Part shown: one piece after another, positions 55,636-64,000 of the stretch | Position numbering within the stretch: the first letter of the stretch is position 1 | Layout of the letters: the number at the start of each line of letters is the position of its first letter | Assembly: GCA_035263725.1 (NCBI GenBank) | Contig: DATFRC010000054.1 | Coordinates: forward strand, 38-64,037 | DNA: 64,000 nucleotides | Direction: 5' to 3' | Source: Jatrophihabitantaceae bacterium | GTDB lineage: Bacteria > Actinomycetota > Actinomycetes > Mycobacteriales > Jatrophihabitantaceae | Program-made: the position numbers and the translations under genes | The notes under the pieces: generated by a model | Told to the model about the DNA's origin: nothing | What the model saw: only the letters and a program-made list of their open reading frames with translations | Databases searched by the model: none

Positions 55636-56811
55636 TTATGACTCAAGCCGGCCCAGGGCCAGGGCGACCTGGATGGTGAATGCGCCGCGGGGATCGGTGG
55701 GTGCCTCGCCACAGACTTCGGTGACGCGGCGCAGCCGGTAGCGGACCGTATTGGCGTGCACGAACAGCGCCCGGGCCGTGGTCTCCAATGCGCCGCCCGC
55801 CGCGAGGAAGGCGGTGACCGTGTCGAGCAACACGTCCCCGGCCTTGGACAGCGGCTGGTAGATCTGCGTTACCAGCGCATCGCGAGCGTCGCTGTCGCCG
55901 GCAAGTGCGCGTTCCGGCAGTAGTGCGTCGGCACTGACCGGGCGGGGCGCTCCGGGCCACCCGGGCGCCGCGCGCAGCCCGGAGAGCGCGGTCCGGGTCA
56001 CCTGGCTCGCCTCGGCCACGTCGCTCGCCCGTGGACCTACGACCACCGGCCCGTCACCGAACGACGCGAGGATGCCGGCGGCGGCGGCCAGCGGGTCGTC
56101 GATGTTGCCGAGGACCACGACGAGCCGGCCCCCGTGCGTGCCGGCCAGCACGTCGAAACCGAGCCGGCGCACCGCGACGTGCACGGCGGACAACGTCGCA
56201 TCCGGGTCGTCCTCGGGCGCAGCCCCGACCACAGCGGTGACCGGACCGGACGAGCGCCAGCCCAGTGCGGCCAGTTGGCTCTGCGGCTCCCCGGCAATCG
56301 ACGCGCCGCGCACCAACCCGTCGATCACCAGCGCCTCGAGCCGCGCGTCCCACGCCCCGCGACTCTCCGCGGCGCTGGCGTAAACGCGGGCACTCGCGAA
56401 TGCCAGTTCCCGGGTGAACCTCAGCAGTTCCTCGCGCACGTCCGCCTCGGCGTCGGGCTCGACTAGCTTGGGCAACTGCTCCTCGGCAACCTCGATGGCG
56501 GTGCGCACCAACTCGACGGTCTGCTGCAACGTGACGGCGCGAGCCATCGCCTGCGGCGCGGCGGCGAACACCTCTCCGGTCAGGCGCAGCACATCGTCCG
56601 GCGAGCGCATCCACTCGACGAATGACGCGATACCCGCCTGTGCGACGAGCATGACCCACGAACGCTGATCGGCCGGGAGAGTGCGAAACCAGGGCAGCTC
56701 CTCATCCATGCGGGCGACTGCCTGTGTGGCGAGGCCGCCGGCCGCCTGCTCGATACGCCGGATCGTCCGCTCGTCATGCCCAGGCTTCACGGCCGTAACG
56801 TTATGCGCCAT
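55636..56811 (-). CDS. PucR-type transcriptional regulator (MabR/FasR family) upstream of the fab operon
   Basis: Has a C-terminal HTH (LFVHANTVRYRLRRVTEV) and sits immediately upstream of fabD, like Rv2242 / SCO2386 as I remember them. Confidence 0.8.
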   Translation of the reverse strand: MAHNVTAVKPGHDERTIRRIEQAAGGLATQAVARMDEELPWFRTLPADQRSWVMLVAQAGIASFVEWMRSPDDVLRLTGEVFAAAPQAMARAVTLQQTVELVRTAIEVAEEQLPKLVEPDAEADVREELLRFTRELAFASARVYASAAESRGAWDARLEALVIDGLVRGASIAGEPQSQLAALGWRSSGPVTAVVGAAPEDDPDATLSAVHVAVRRLGFDVLAGTHGGRLVVVLGNIDDPLAAAAGILASFGDGPVVVGPRASDVAEASQVTRTALSGLRAAPGWPGAPRPVSADALLPERALAGDSDARDALVTQIYQPLSKAGDVLLDTVTAFLAAGGALETTARALFVHANTVRYRLRRVTEVCGEAPTDPRGAFTIQVALALGRLES

Positions 56812-57841
56812 GCTGCGGGATCCGGTTGCCGACCTGCGGCGTATCGCGTTTCTGCTGGAACGTGCGCGCGAGCCGACGTACCGGGTACGCGCGTTCCGCA
56901 CCGCTGCCGCCCGGGCCGCCTCGCTGTCCAGAGACGAACTGCTCGAGCGCGCTCTCGCGGAAACACTGCCCGAGCTGCCCGGCATCGGCCCGACCACCGC
57001 GCGGTGCATCACGGAGTCGCTGGCCGGCCGGACGCCGGAGTACCTGAGCCGCCTTGAAGCCACGGCCGGGCCGCTTGCCGCCGGCGGGGCCGAGCTGCGG
57101 CTCGCGCTGCGGGGCGACTGCCACAGCCACTCGGACTGGTCCGACGGCGGCTCACCGATCCGGGAGATGGCCGAGACAGCGCGTGAGCTGGGCCACGAGT
57201 ACCTGGTACTTACCGATCACTCGCCCCGGCTGACCGTCGCCCGCGGGCTGAGCGCCGACCGGCTGGAACGCCAGCTAGACGAGGTGGCCGCCCTGAACGA
57301 GACGCTGGCGCCGTTCCGAATCCTGACCGGCATCGAGGTCGACATCCTCGACGACGGCGCGCTGGACCAGAAGCCCGACCTGCTGGACCGCCTCGATCTG
57401 GTGGTCGCGAGTGTCCACAGTGGACTGCGCATGCCGTCGCACGAGATGACCCCGCGGATGGTCGCCGCGATCGCCAACCCGCAGGTGGACGTGCTCGGCC
57501 ACTGCACCGGGCGGCTGATCACCGGCGGGCGGGGCCGCCGCCCGGAATCGGAGTTCGACGCCGAGATCGTCTTTGCCGCCTGCGCCCGGTTCGGCGTCGC
57601 CGTCGAGGTGAATTCGAGACCGGAGCGGCTCGATCCGCCCAGGCGGCTCCTGCGCCTCGCCGTCGAGGCCGGGTGCCTCGTCGCGATCGACACGGATGCG
57701 CACGCCCCTGGGCAGCTCGACTGGCAGGGTTACGGCTGCGAGCGCGCCGCGGAGTGCGAGGTGCCGGTCGAGACCGTCGTCAACACCTGGCCGAGCGAGG
57801 CGCTGCTCGCGTGGACGGCCGATCACTCGGTGCGTCCGTGA
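56810..57841 (+). CDS. PHP domain phosphoesterase with an N-terminal helix-hairpin-helix region (PolX-C-terminal-like)
   Basis: Contains LRGDCHSHSDWSDG, LTDHSP, and ELPGIGPTTA (HhH). Confidence 0.8.
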   Translation: MLRDPVADLRRIAFLLERAREPTYRVRAFRTAAARAASLSRDELLERALAETLPELPGIGPTTARCITESLAGRTPEYLSRLEATAGPLAAGGAELRLALRGDCHSHSDWSDGGSPIREMAETARELGHEYLVLTDHSPRLTVARGLSADRLERQLDEVAALNETLAPFRILTGIEVDILDDGALDQKPDLLDRLDLVVASVHSGLRMPSHEMTPRMVAAIANPQVDVLGHCTGRLITGGRGRRPESEFDAEIVFAACARFGVAVEVNSRPERLDPPRRLLRLAVEAGCLVAIDTDAHAPGQLDWQGYGCERAAECEVPVETVVNTWPSEALLAWTADHSVRP

Positions 57842-58449
57842 TCGTCATCCGCCGTGGCACGGATCGTGCCCTGACGCACGGTCCTGGGATCACGACCTGG
57901 CACTCGTTCTCCTCGGGCGCGCACTACGACGCCACGAACGTCCGCTTCGGCGAGCTCGTCACGTGCGACGAGCACCTTCTCGCGCCGGGCGCCGGCTTCA
58001 GCACGCATGTCCATCGCGGACTGGAGATCGTCACGTGTGTGCTGGCCGGGACGCTCGAGCACACCGACTCGCTCGGCGGGCGGGCCACCGTACGCCCAGG
58101 TACGGTGGCACACCTGTCGGCAGGATCGGGTGTCGAGCACGCGGAGCGCAACGCCGGCGCCGACGAGCTGCGATTCGTGCAGCTGTGGCTGCTCGGCGAC
58201 GTCACGGCGGCCCCGGCTTACCGCATCGGGTCGGTCGACGTGCCGGGAGTGACGTTCAATGTCGTGTCGGGGCCGGCCTGTCTGGTCGCGGCCCCATTCG
58301 TCCATGCGTTCGTTGCGGGCGGGACGGCAGTGGTCGCCGGGGCGGACCTGGCGGCCGGCGGCGAAGCACGGATCACCGACGAGGCCGTCGACATCGCGGT
58401 CGACGGGGAGTTGCTGGTGTGCGCTATGCGGCGTCCGATTCCCGCCTAG
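57838..58449 (+). CDS. Pirin family (cupin) protein
   Basis: Contains FSTHVHRGLEIVTCVLAGTLEHTDS. GTG 57838 overlaps the PHP gene stop. Confidence 0.78.
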   Translation: MIVIRRGTDRALTHGPGITTWHSFSSGAHYDATNVRFGELVTCDEHLLAPGAGFSTHVHRGLEIVTCVLAGTLEHTDSLGGRATVRPGTVAHLSAGSGVEHAERNAGADELRFVQLWLLGDVTAAPAYRIGSVDVPGVTFNVVSGPACLVAAPFVHAFVAGGTAVVAGADLAAGGEARITDEAVDIAVDGELLVCAMRRPIPA

Positions 58450-58457
58450 CCCCGATC

Positions 58458-58496
58458 GAGCAAGAATCCCTTGTCTCAGACGAGGAATTCTTGCTC
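58458..58496. terminator. Long, relatively AT-rich hairpin between the convergent pirin and aceE genes
   Basis: GAGCAAGAATCC CTTGTC tca GACGAG GAATTCTTGCTC forms about 17 bp of pairing with one bulge and one G-U pair. There is no U-tract. Confidence 0.6.
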
Positions 58497-58507
58497 AATC
58501 GGAGGAA

Positions 58508-61264
58508 CTACGCGTCGCCGCCTACCGGGCCGGTCCCGGCGGCTGCGACGTCGAGCAGCTGGTACCGCTCCAGGGCTTCGCGTGGCGTCTCGCGCTTGAC
58601 CTCACCGGTGCGGGCAAGCTGCTCCAGGACGGCGACCACGATCGACTCGGCGTCGACGTGGAAGTAGCGGCGCGCGGCTCCTCGGGTGTCGGCGAAGCCG
58701 AAGCCGTCGGTGCCGAGCGACGTGTACTCCCCGGGGACCCAGCGACTGATTTGATCCGGGACGGCGCGCATGAAGTCCGAGACCGCCACGACCGGGCCGG
58801 CCGTATCGGCCAGCGCGCTCGTCACGTACGGCACCCGGGGCTCGTCGCCGGTGTTGAGCAGGTTGGCCCGGTCGCACTCGATTGCTTCGCGGCGCAGTTC
58901 GTTCCACGACGTGGCGGACCAGACGTCGACGTCGACGTTCCACTCCTCGCCGAGCAGCTGCTGCGCGCGCAGCGCCCACGGCAGCGCCACGCCCGACGCG
59001 AGCACCTGGGCGCGCGGCCGCCCCTCGACGCCCGGTGCCGGCGAGTAGCGGTACAGGCCCTTCAGCAGGCCGGCGACGTCGAGGTCGCGAGGCTCCGCGG
59101 GCTGGGCCATCGGCTCGTTGTAGACGGTCAGGTAGTAGAAGACATCGCTGTCCGATACCGCCGAGCCGTCCTGCGGCTGGCCGTACATGCGGCGCAGACC
59201 GTCGCGGACGATGTGCGCGATCTCGAACGCGAATGCCGGGTCGTACGCGACACATGCCGGGTTCGCCGAGGCGAGCAGCGGCGACTGCCCGTCGGCGTGC
59301 TGCAGCCCTTCGCCGGTCAGCGTCGTGCGCCCTGCCGTCGCCCCGAGGACGAAGCCGCGTCCCAGCTGGTCGGCCAGTTGCCAGAACTGGTCGCCGGTCC
59401 GCTGGAATCCGAACATGGAGTAGAAGATGTAGAACGGGATCATCGGCTGGGCGTGCGTCGCGTACGACGTGGCAGCCGCGATCAGCGACGCGGTCGAGCC
59501 CGCCTCACTGATGCCCTCGTGCAGGACCTGCCCGGTCGTGGACTCCTTGTACGACAGCAGCATGTCGCGGTCGACCGCGTCGTACTGCTGGCCCTGAGGC
59601 GAGTAGATCTTCGCGGACGGGAAGATCGAGTCCAGGCCGAACGTGCGCGCCTCGTCCGGAATGATCGGCACGAACCGCTTGCCGATCTCGGGATCCTTCA
59701 TGAGGTCTTTGAACAGGCGCACGATTGCCATCGTGGTGGCGATCTGCTGCTTGCCCGACCCGGCGCGCAGCTCCGCGTACGCCTTCTCGCCGGGAAGCGG
59801 CAGCGGCTTCGAGCGCACCACCCGCTTCGGCAAGAACCCGCCCAGCGCCGCACGGCGTTCCTTCATGTACTGGATCTCGTCGGACTTCTCGCCCGGGTGG
59901 TAGTACGGCGGCAGGTCGGCCTCGAGTTCCTTGTCGCTGATCGGCAGATAGAGCCGATCGCGGAAGGCCTTGAGGTCGGCGGTCGTGAGCTTCTTCATCT
60001 GGTGCGTGGCGTTGCGGCCCTCGAAGCTGTCGAGCGTCCAGCCCTTGATCGTCTTGGCCAGGATGACGGTGGGCTGGCCGACGTGGTCGCGGGCCGCCTT
60101 GAACGCGGCGTACACCTTGCGATAGTCGTGCCCGCCCCGGGACAGGTGCCGCAGGTCGTCGTCGGACAGGTGCTCGACCATCTTGCGCAGCCGCGGGTCG
60201 TCGCCGAAGAAGTGCTCCCGGATGTACGCCCCCGACTCGACGCTGTACGTCTGGAACTGCCCGTCCGGGGTCGTGTTCATCTTGTTGACGAGGACGCCGT
60301 CGCCGTCGGCGGCAAGGAGCGGGTCCCAGTCACGTCCCCAGACGACCTTGATGACGTTCCAGCCTGCCCCGCGGAAGTACGTCTCGAGTTCCTGGATGAT
60401 CTTGCCATTGCCGCGGACCGGTCCGTCGAGACGCTGCAGGTTGCAGTTGATGACGAACGTGAGGTTGTCGAGTTCCTCGCGGGCGGCCACTCCGATGGCG
60501 CCCAGCGACTCGACCTCGTCCATCTCGCCGTCGCCGAGGAAGGCCCACACGTGCGAGCCGGACGTGTCGGCGATACCGCGGGCGGCAAGGTAGCGGTTGA
60601 ACCGGGCCTGGTAGATCGCGCTGATCGGGCCGAGGCCCATCGACACCGTCGGGTACTCCCAGAAGTCGGGCATGAGGCGGGGGTGCGGGTAGGACGACAG
60701 GCCGAACGGCGCCCGTGACTTCTCCTGGCGGAACCCGTTGAGGTGATTCTCGGTGAGCCGGCCCTCCAGAAACGCGCGGGCGTAGAAGCCGGGCGCGGCG
60801 TGGCCCTGGAAGTAGACCTGGTCGCCCATGCCGGTGGCGAGGTCCTTGCCGTGGAAGAAGTGGTTGTTCCCGACCTCGTAGAGGGACGCGGCGCTCGCGT
60901 ACGTGGCGATGTGCCCACCCACGCCGACCGCCTTATTGGCCCGGGACACCATGATCGCGGCGTTCCACCGGATGTATGCGCGGATACGGCGCTCGATGTC
61001 CTCATCGCCCGGGAACCATGGCTCGCGCTCGGGCGGGATGGTGTTGATGTAGTCGGTGCTTCGCAGCGCCGGCACGCCGACTTGACGTTCACGGGCGCGT
61101 TCGAGCAGCTTGAGCATGAGGAACCGGGCCCGCTGCCGCCCGCTGGTGTCGATGGCGGCGTCGAGCGACTCGATCCACTCGCGGGTCTCGCTGGGGTCGA
61201 TGTCGGGGAGTTGGCTGGGTAGGCCGTCGGTGATGATGCTGAAGCGGTCTCGGGTCACGCGCAA
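58508..61264 (-). CDS. aceE: Pyruvate dehydrogenase E1 component (homodimeric type)
   Basis: ~915 aa, with [16 protein letters not shown] and [22 protein letters not shown]. The start is TTG 61264 or GTG 61258, downstream of AGGAGG. Confidence 0.92.
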   Translation of the reverse strand: MRVTRDRFSIITDGLPSQLPDIDPSETREWIESLDAAIDTSGRQRARFLMLKLLERARERQVGVPALRSTDYINTIPPEREPWFPGDEDIERRIRAYIRWNAAIMVSRANKAVGVGGHIATYASAASLYEVGNNHFFHGKDLATGMGDQVYFQGHAAPGFYARAFLEGRLTENHLNGFRQEKSRAPFGLSSYPHPRLMPDFWEYPTVSMGLGPISAIYQARFNRYLAARGIADTSGSHVWAFLGDGEMDEVESLGAIGVAAREELDNLTFVINCNLQRLDGPVRGNGKIIQELETYFRGAGWNVIKVVWGRDWDPLLAADGDGVLVNKMNTTPDGQFQTYSVESGAYIREHFFGDDPRLRKMVEHLSDDDLRHLSRGGHDYRKVYAAFKAARDHVGQPTVILAKTIKGWTLDSFEGRNATHQMKKLTTADLKAFRDRLYLPISDKELEADLPPYYHPGEKSDEIQYMKERRAALGGFLPKRVVRSKPLPLPGEKAYAELRAGSGKQQIATTMAIVRLFKDLMKDPEIGKRFVPIIPDEARTFGLDSIFPSAKIYSPQGQQYDAVDRDMLLSYKESTTGQVLHEGISEAGSTASLIAAATSYATHAQPMIPFYIFYSMFGFQRTGDQFWQLADQLGRGFVLGATAGRTTLTGEGLQHADGQSPLLASANPACVAYDPAFAFEIAHIVRDGLRRMYGQPQDGSAVSDSDVFYYLTVYNEPMAQPAEPRDLDVAGLLKGLYRYSPAPGVEGRPRAQVLASGVALPWALRAQQLLGEEWNVDVDVWSATSWNELRREAIECDRANLLNTGDEPRVPYVTSALADTAGPVVAVSDFMRAVPDQISRWVPGEYTSLGTDGFGFADTRGAARRYFHVDAESIVVAVLEQLARTGEVKRETPREALERYQLLDVAAAGTGPVGGDA

Positions 61265-61483
61265 TGTCCTCCTGGCTTCTCGGGCGAGCGCTCGCCACGT
61301 CGCAGGCCCCGCTGTCCGGGGTCACGTTGACTGCGCTGCTCGCTCACCCACCAGTGTCCCCTCTCACACGATGTTGACGGTAGGCAGGTCTGCGGTAGGA
61401 ATACCCAGACGCTACGGTCTGTGATGGACTTGCGACCCGGCCCGGAACCGCCTGGCCGGCCACATGTGGAGGAGGACCTGGCC

Positions 61484-61927
61484 GTGAGTACGACCCCCGT
61501 GGCAGGGGACGGAGGTGCTACGCCGGGCATCGTGGAGCGGATGGGCTTTGCATCCGGCATGGTCGTGCAGGAACTCGGTTGGGGTTCCGACGTGGACGAG
61601 CAGTTCCGCGCGGCAGTCGAGGAGATCACCGGTGAGGAGATGGTCGACGAGGACACGGACGAGGTCGTCGAGATCGTCGTGTTGTGGTTCCGTGACGACG
61701 ACGGCGACCTGACTGACGTCCTGGTCGACGCGATCGGCCCGCTGGCCGACAACGGGTTCATCTGGTTGCTGACCCCGAAGCGCGGACGCGAGGGTTATGT
61801 CGAGCCCTCCGACATCGCCGAGGCGGCGCCCACGGCCGGGCTGTCGCAAACGTCGCTGACCACGATCGGTGCCGATTGGGCAGGCGCGCGACTGGCGCCG
61901 CGCAAGGCCCGCAGCGACAGGCGTTAG
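61484..61927 (+). CDS. DUF3052 domain protein
   Basis: GMVVQELGWGSDVDE...VVLWFRDDDGDLTDVLVDAI. It lies between aceE and ahpE, like the mycobacterial arrangement as I remember it. GTG 61484 follows GGAGGAGGA. Confidence 0.75.
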   Translation: MSTTPVAGDGGATPGIVERMGFASGMVVQELGWGSDVDEQFRAAVEEITGEEMVDEDTDEVVEIVVLWFRDDDGDLTDVLVDAIGPLADNGFIWLLTPKRGREGYVEPSDIAEAAPTAGLSQTSLTTIGADWAGARLAPRKARSDRR

Positions 61928-61935
61928 GAGGCAGC

Positions 61936-62400
61936 ATGCCAATCGAGGTCGGCGCGCTCGCACCGGATTTCACACTCCGCGACCACAACAACGAGGAGGT
62001 CACACTTTCGTCGTTTCGCGGCAGGAAGGCCGTGCTTCTGGTCTTCTACCCCCTGGCGTTCACGGGCATCTGCACCGGTGAACTGTGCGCCGTGCGCGAC
62101 GATCTCTCGACGTTCCAGAACGAGGATGTGCAGGTGATCACGCTCAGCGTCGATTCGCCGTACTCGCACAAGATCTTCGCGGAGCGGGAGGGCTACCAGT
62201 TCCCGCTGCTGTCGGACTTCTGGCCGCACGGCGCGGTGGCGCGGCAATATGGCGTGTTCAACGAGACGGCCGGCTTCGCCAATCGCGGGACGTTCCTCAT
62301 CGACCGCGATGGTGTCGTCCGCTTCGCCGAGATGAACGACCCCGGCCACGGCCGCGACGCCGAGCGCTGGCGCGAGGCGATCAAGGAGGTCATCGGCTAG
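61936..62400 (+). CDS. ahpE: 1-Cys/AhpE-like peroxiredoxin
   Basis: Contains APDFTL...VLLVFYPLAFTGICTGELC. An AGGAGG Shine-Dalgarno sequence precedes ATG 61936. Confidence 0.88.
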   Translation: MPIEVGALAPDFTLRDHNNEEVTLSSFRGRKAVLLVFYPLAFTGICTGELCAVRDDLSTFQNEDVQVITLSVDSPYSHKIFAEREGYQFPLLSDFWPHGAVARQYGVFNETAGFANRGTFLIDRDGVVRFAEMNDPGHGRDAERWREAIKEVIG

Positions 62401-62703
62401 CCGCGGGGGCTGCGGCTAGCCGCTTCTTCGTCGGCAGGGTCGTTGCCGGCCCTTCTCGGCGCGCCTCGAACAATGCCGGTCCGCCGGCCGGCTCGATTCG
62501 CCGGACTAGACCGGCAGAGTCGAGGGTATGCAGCGCGTCGTACACGGCCTGCGCGGACACGCTGCCAAGCTCGGTGCGGGCCGGTGGACGATTGTCTCGA
62601 CATCGAGATGTTCGCCGGGATTGATCGCGTCGAGCACGGTCCGGCGCTGTCGGGTTATCCGCAACCCGGCCCCACGCAGACGCTCCGTCGCCGTGACCGG
62701 CAT
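62390..62703 (-). pseudogene. Fur-family regulator remnant (frameshifted and lacking the metal-binding C-terminal domain)
   Basis: MPVTATERLRGAGLRITRQRRTVLDAINPGEHLDVETIVHR reads from ATG 62703. The reading continues in another frame as RTELGSVSAQAVYDALHTLDSAGLVRRIEPAGGPALFEAR and then runs into unrelated sequence and a stop. Confidence 0.55.
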
Positions 62704-62745
62704 ACATATTGAGGCTAGTCGCAGACTGGAACCGGTCAAGAATAG

Positions 62746-63636
62746 GTGTGCGAAGATTCGGCTGTGACTCCCGCGTTCCGCTCCGGGTTCTGCTGCTTCG
62801 TCGGCCGGCCCAACGCGGGCAAGTCGACGCTCACGAACGCCCTGGTGGGAACCAAGATCGTCATCACCAGCGAGAAGCCGCAGACCACCCGGCGCGCCGT
62901 GCGCGGCATCGTCACCAGATCGGATGCGCAGCTCGTCATCGTCGACACGCCCGGCCTGCATCGACCGCGCACCCTGCTCGGCGAGCGGCTCAACGACGTC
63001 GTGCGCGCAACGTTGGCCGACGTCGATGTGATCGGCTTCTGCGTCCCGGCCGACCAGCAGGTCGGTCCCGGCGACCGCTTCATCGCGGCCGAGCTCGCGG
63101 AGCTCCCCAAGCCCGTGGTTGCGATCGTGACCAAGGCCGACGCCGCGAGCCGCGACCGGCTCGCCGCCCAGCTCACCGCGGTCAGCGGGCTCGGTGAGTT
63201 CGCAGAGATCGTGCCGGTGTCGGCGACCACGGGAGAGCAGGTCGGCCTGCTCACCGACCTGCTGGTGGCGCGCCTGCCCGAGGGTCCGCCGCTGTACCCG
63301 GACGACGTCGCGACCGACGAGGACGTCGAGGTGCGCATCGCGGAGCTGATCCGTGAGGCGGCACTGGACGGGGTACGCGACGAGTTGCCCCACTCGATCG
63401 CCGTCACCGTCGATGAGATCCAGCCGCGGGCCGTGTACGCCACGCTGCACCTGGAACGTCCGAGCCAGAAGGGCATCGTGATCGGGGCGCGAGGGACGCG
63501 GCTGAAGCAGATCGGCATCCGGGCACGGCGTGAGATCGAGCAGTTGGTCGGCCACCGCGTCCACCTCGACCTGCACGTTGCCGTGGAGGCCGACTGGCAG
63601 CGCGATCCGAAGAAGCTCGACCGTCTCGGGTTCTAG
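62746..63636 (+). CDS. era: GTPase Era
   Basis: Contains GRPNAGKSTL, DTPG, TKAD and a C-terminal KH domain. The start is GTG 62746 or GTG 62764. Confidence 0.92.
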   Translation: MCEDSAVTPAFRSGFCCFVGRPNAGKSTLTNALVGTKIVITSEKPQTTRRAVRGIVTRSDAQLVIVDTPGLHRPRTLLGERLNDVVRATLADVDVIGFCVPADQQVGPGDRFIAAELAELPKPVVAIVTKADAASRDRLAAQLTAVSGLGEFAEIVPVSATTGEQVGLLTDLLVARLPEGPPLYPDDVATDEDVEVRIAELIREAALDGVRDELPHSIAVTVDEIQPRAVYATLHLERPSQKGIVIGARGTRLKQIGIRARREIEQLVGHRVHLDLHVAVEADWQRDPKKLDRLGF

Positions 63637-63763
63637 TGATGAGCGCTTGCGCGAAGAGCCCCGCCGCCGCGACGCGGCCGCGCCGAAGGCGCGAGCGGAG
63701 CCGCGGATGCACCCGAGCGCAGCGAGCGGTGCAGACGCGGATTCGCGCGGGCGGGTTGGGCTA
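63637..63763 (+). repeat. ~123-nt GC-rich intergenic repeat, copy B
   Basis: It starts right after the era TAG with TGATGAGCGCTTGCGCGAAGAG and fills the whole era-MFS spacer. Confidence 0.8.
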
Positions 63764-64000
63764 ATGCTCAAGACGTATCGCGCGGTGTTCCGCGAACCCG
63801 GCACAGCCGCGTTCTGCGCGGCTGGGTTCGTCATGCGCCTGCCGATCGCGATCTACCCGATCGGCATGGTGCTGTTGATCTCCACGCGCACCGGCCACTA
63901 CGGGTTCGCCGGACTGCTCAGCGGCTTCTACGTCGCCGCGAACGGCGTAGGCAACCCCGTGCTCGCCAGGCTGGTCGACCGCTACGGGCAGAGCCGGGTG
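63764..64000 (+). CDS. MFS transporter, 5' fragment (runs off the window)
   Basis: MLKTYRAVFREPGTAAFCAAGFVMRLPIAIYPIGMVLLIS... is hydrophobic and MFS-like at the N-terminus, and the frame stays open to the window end. Confidence 0.6.
   Translation, partial: MLKTYRAVFREPGTAAFCAAGFVMRLPIAIYPIGMVLLISTRTGHYGFAGLLSGFYVAANGVGNPVLARLVDRYGQSRV

Noticed and set aside
61265-61483. Candidate sigma-70-type promoter (TTGACG ... TAGGAAT) in the aceE/DUF3052 divergent spacer.
   Set aside because: The -10 match is poor, and actinobacterial promoters cannot be called reliably by eye, so it is not reported as a feature.

Overview
This is a very GC-rich Actinomycetota chromosomal segment, judged from actinobacterial gene order and near-uniform G/C third codon positions. 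It is almost entirely core housekeeping genes.

Gene content, in order:
- rodA; a radical-SAM/DUF2344 pair; rne-rplU-rpmA-obg-proB...proA; nadD-rsfS with a GpgP-like phosphatase; leuS.
- comEA-holA, rpsT, lepA, hemW, hrcA-dnaJ-rsmE.
- A pobA-pcaHGB-pcaL protocatechuate operon with an IclR regulator.
- egtABCD (ergothioneine).
- A FAS-II operon (mabR/fasR-like regulator, fabD-fabH-acpP-fabF-accD), then aceE, DUF3052-ahpE and era.

From memory, this order resembles the M. tuberculosis Rv2237-Rv2247 and Rv2388c-Rv2444c neighbourhoods. A more variable stretch at about 26.3-31.6 kb carries:
- a c-di-AMP-riboswitch-controlled NlpC/P60 hydrolase;
- an oxidoreductase-NUDIX-2H phosphoesterase operon;
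- a small DUF6295-like gene and a dienelactone hydrolase;
- a secreted RNase Sa-type ribonuclease with a barstar-type inhibitor.

I found no tRNA/rRNA genes, CRISPR arrays, transposases or integrases.

Observations most worth a second look:
1. An apparently unnamed ~123-nt GC-rich intergenic repeat family with three copies (17230-17353 reverse, 31151-31290, 63637-63763).
2. Two copies of a 45-nt relatively AT-rich palindrome (45191-45235, 50248-50292), each between convergent genes and together bracketing the egt locus.
3. A terminator-like leader with a Leu-Leu-Leu mini-ORF in front of leuS.
4. A FabD with a C-terminal lysine-less biotinyl/lipoyl-like extension.
5. Clean absence of comEC between comEA and holA.
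6. A frameshifted, truncated Fur-family remnant next to ahpE.

All calls come from reading the sequence and translations by eye. No database search or folding computation was run. I did not find a convincing multi-gene novel system such as a defence island.
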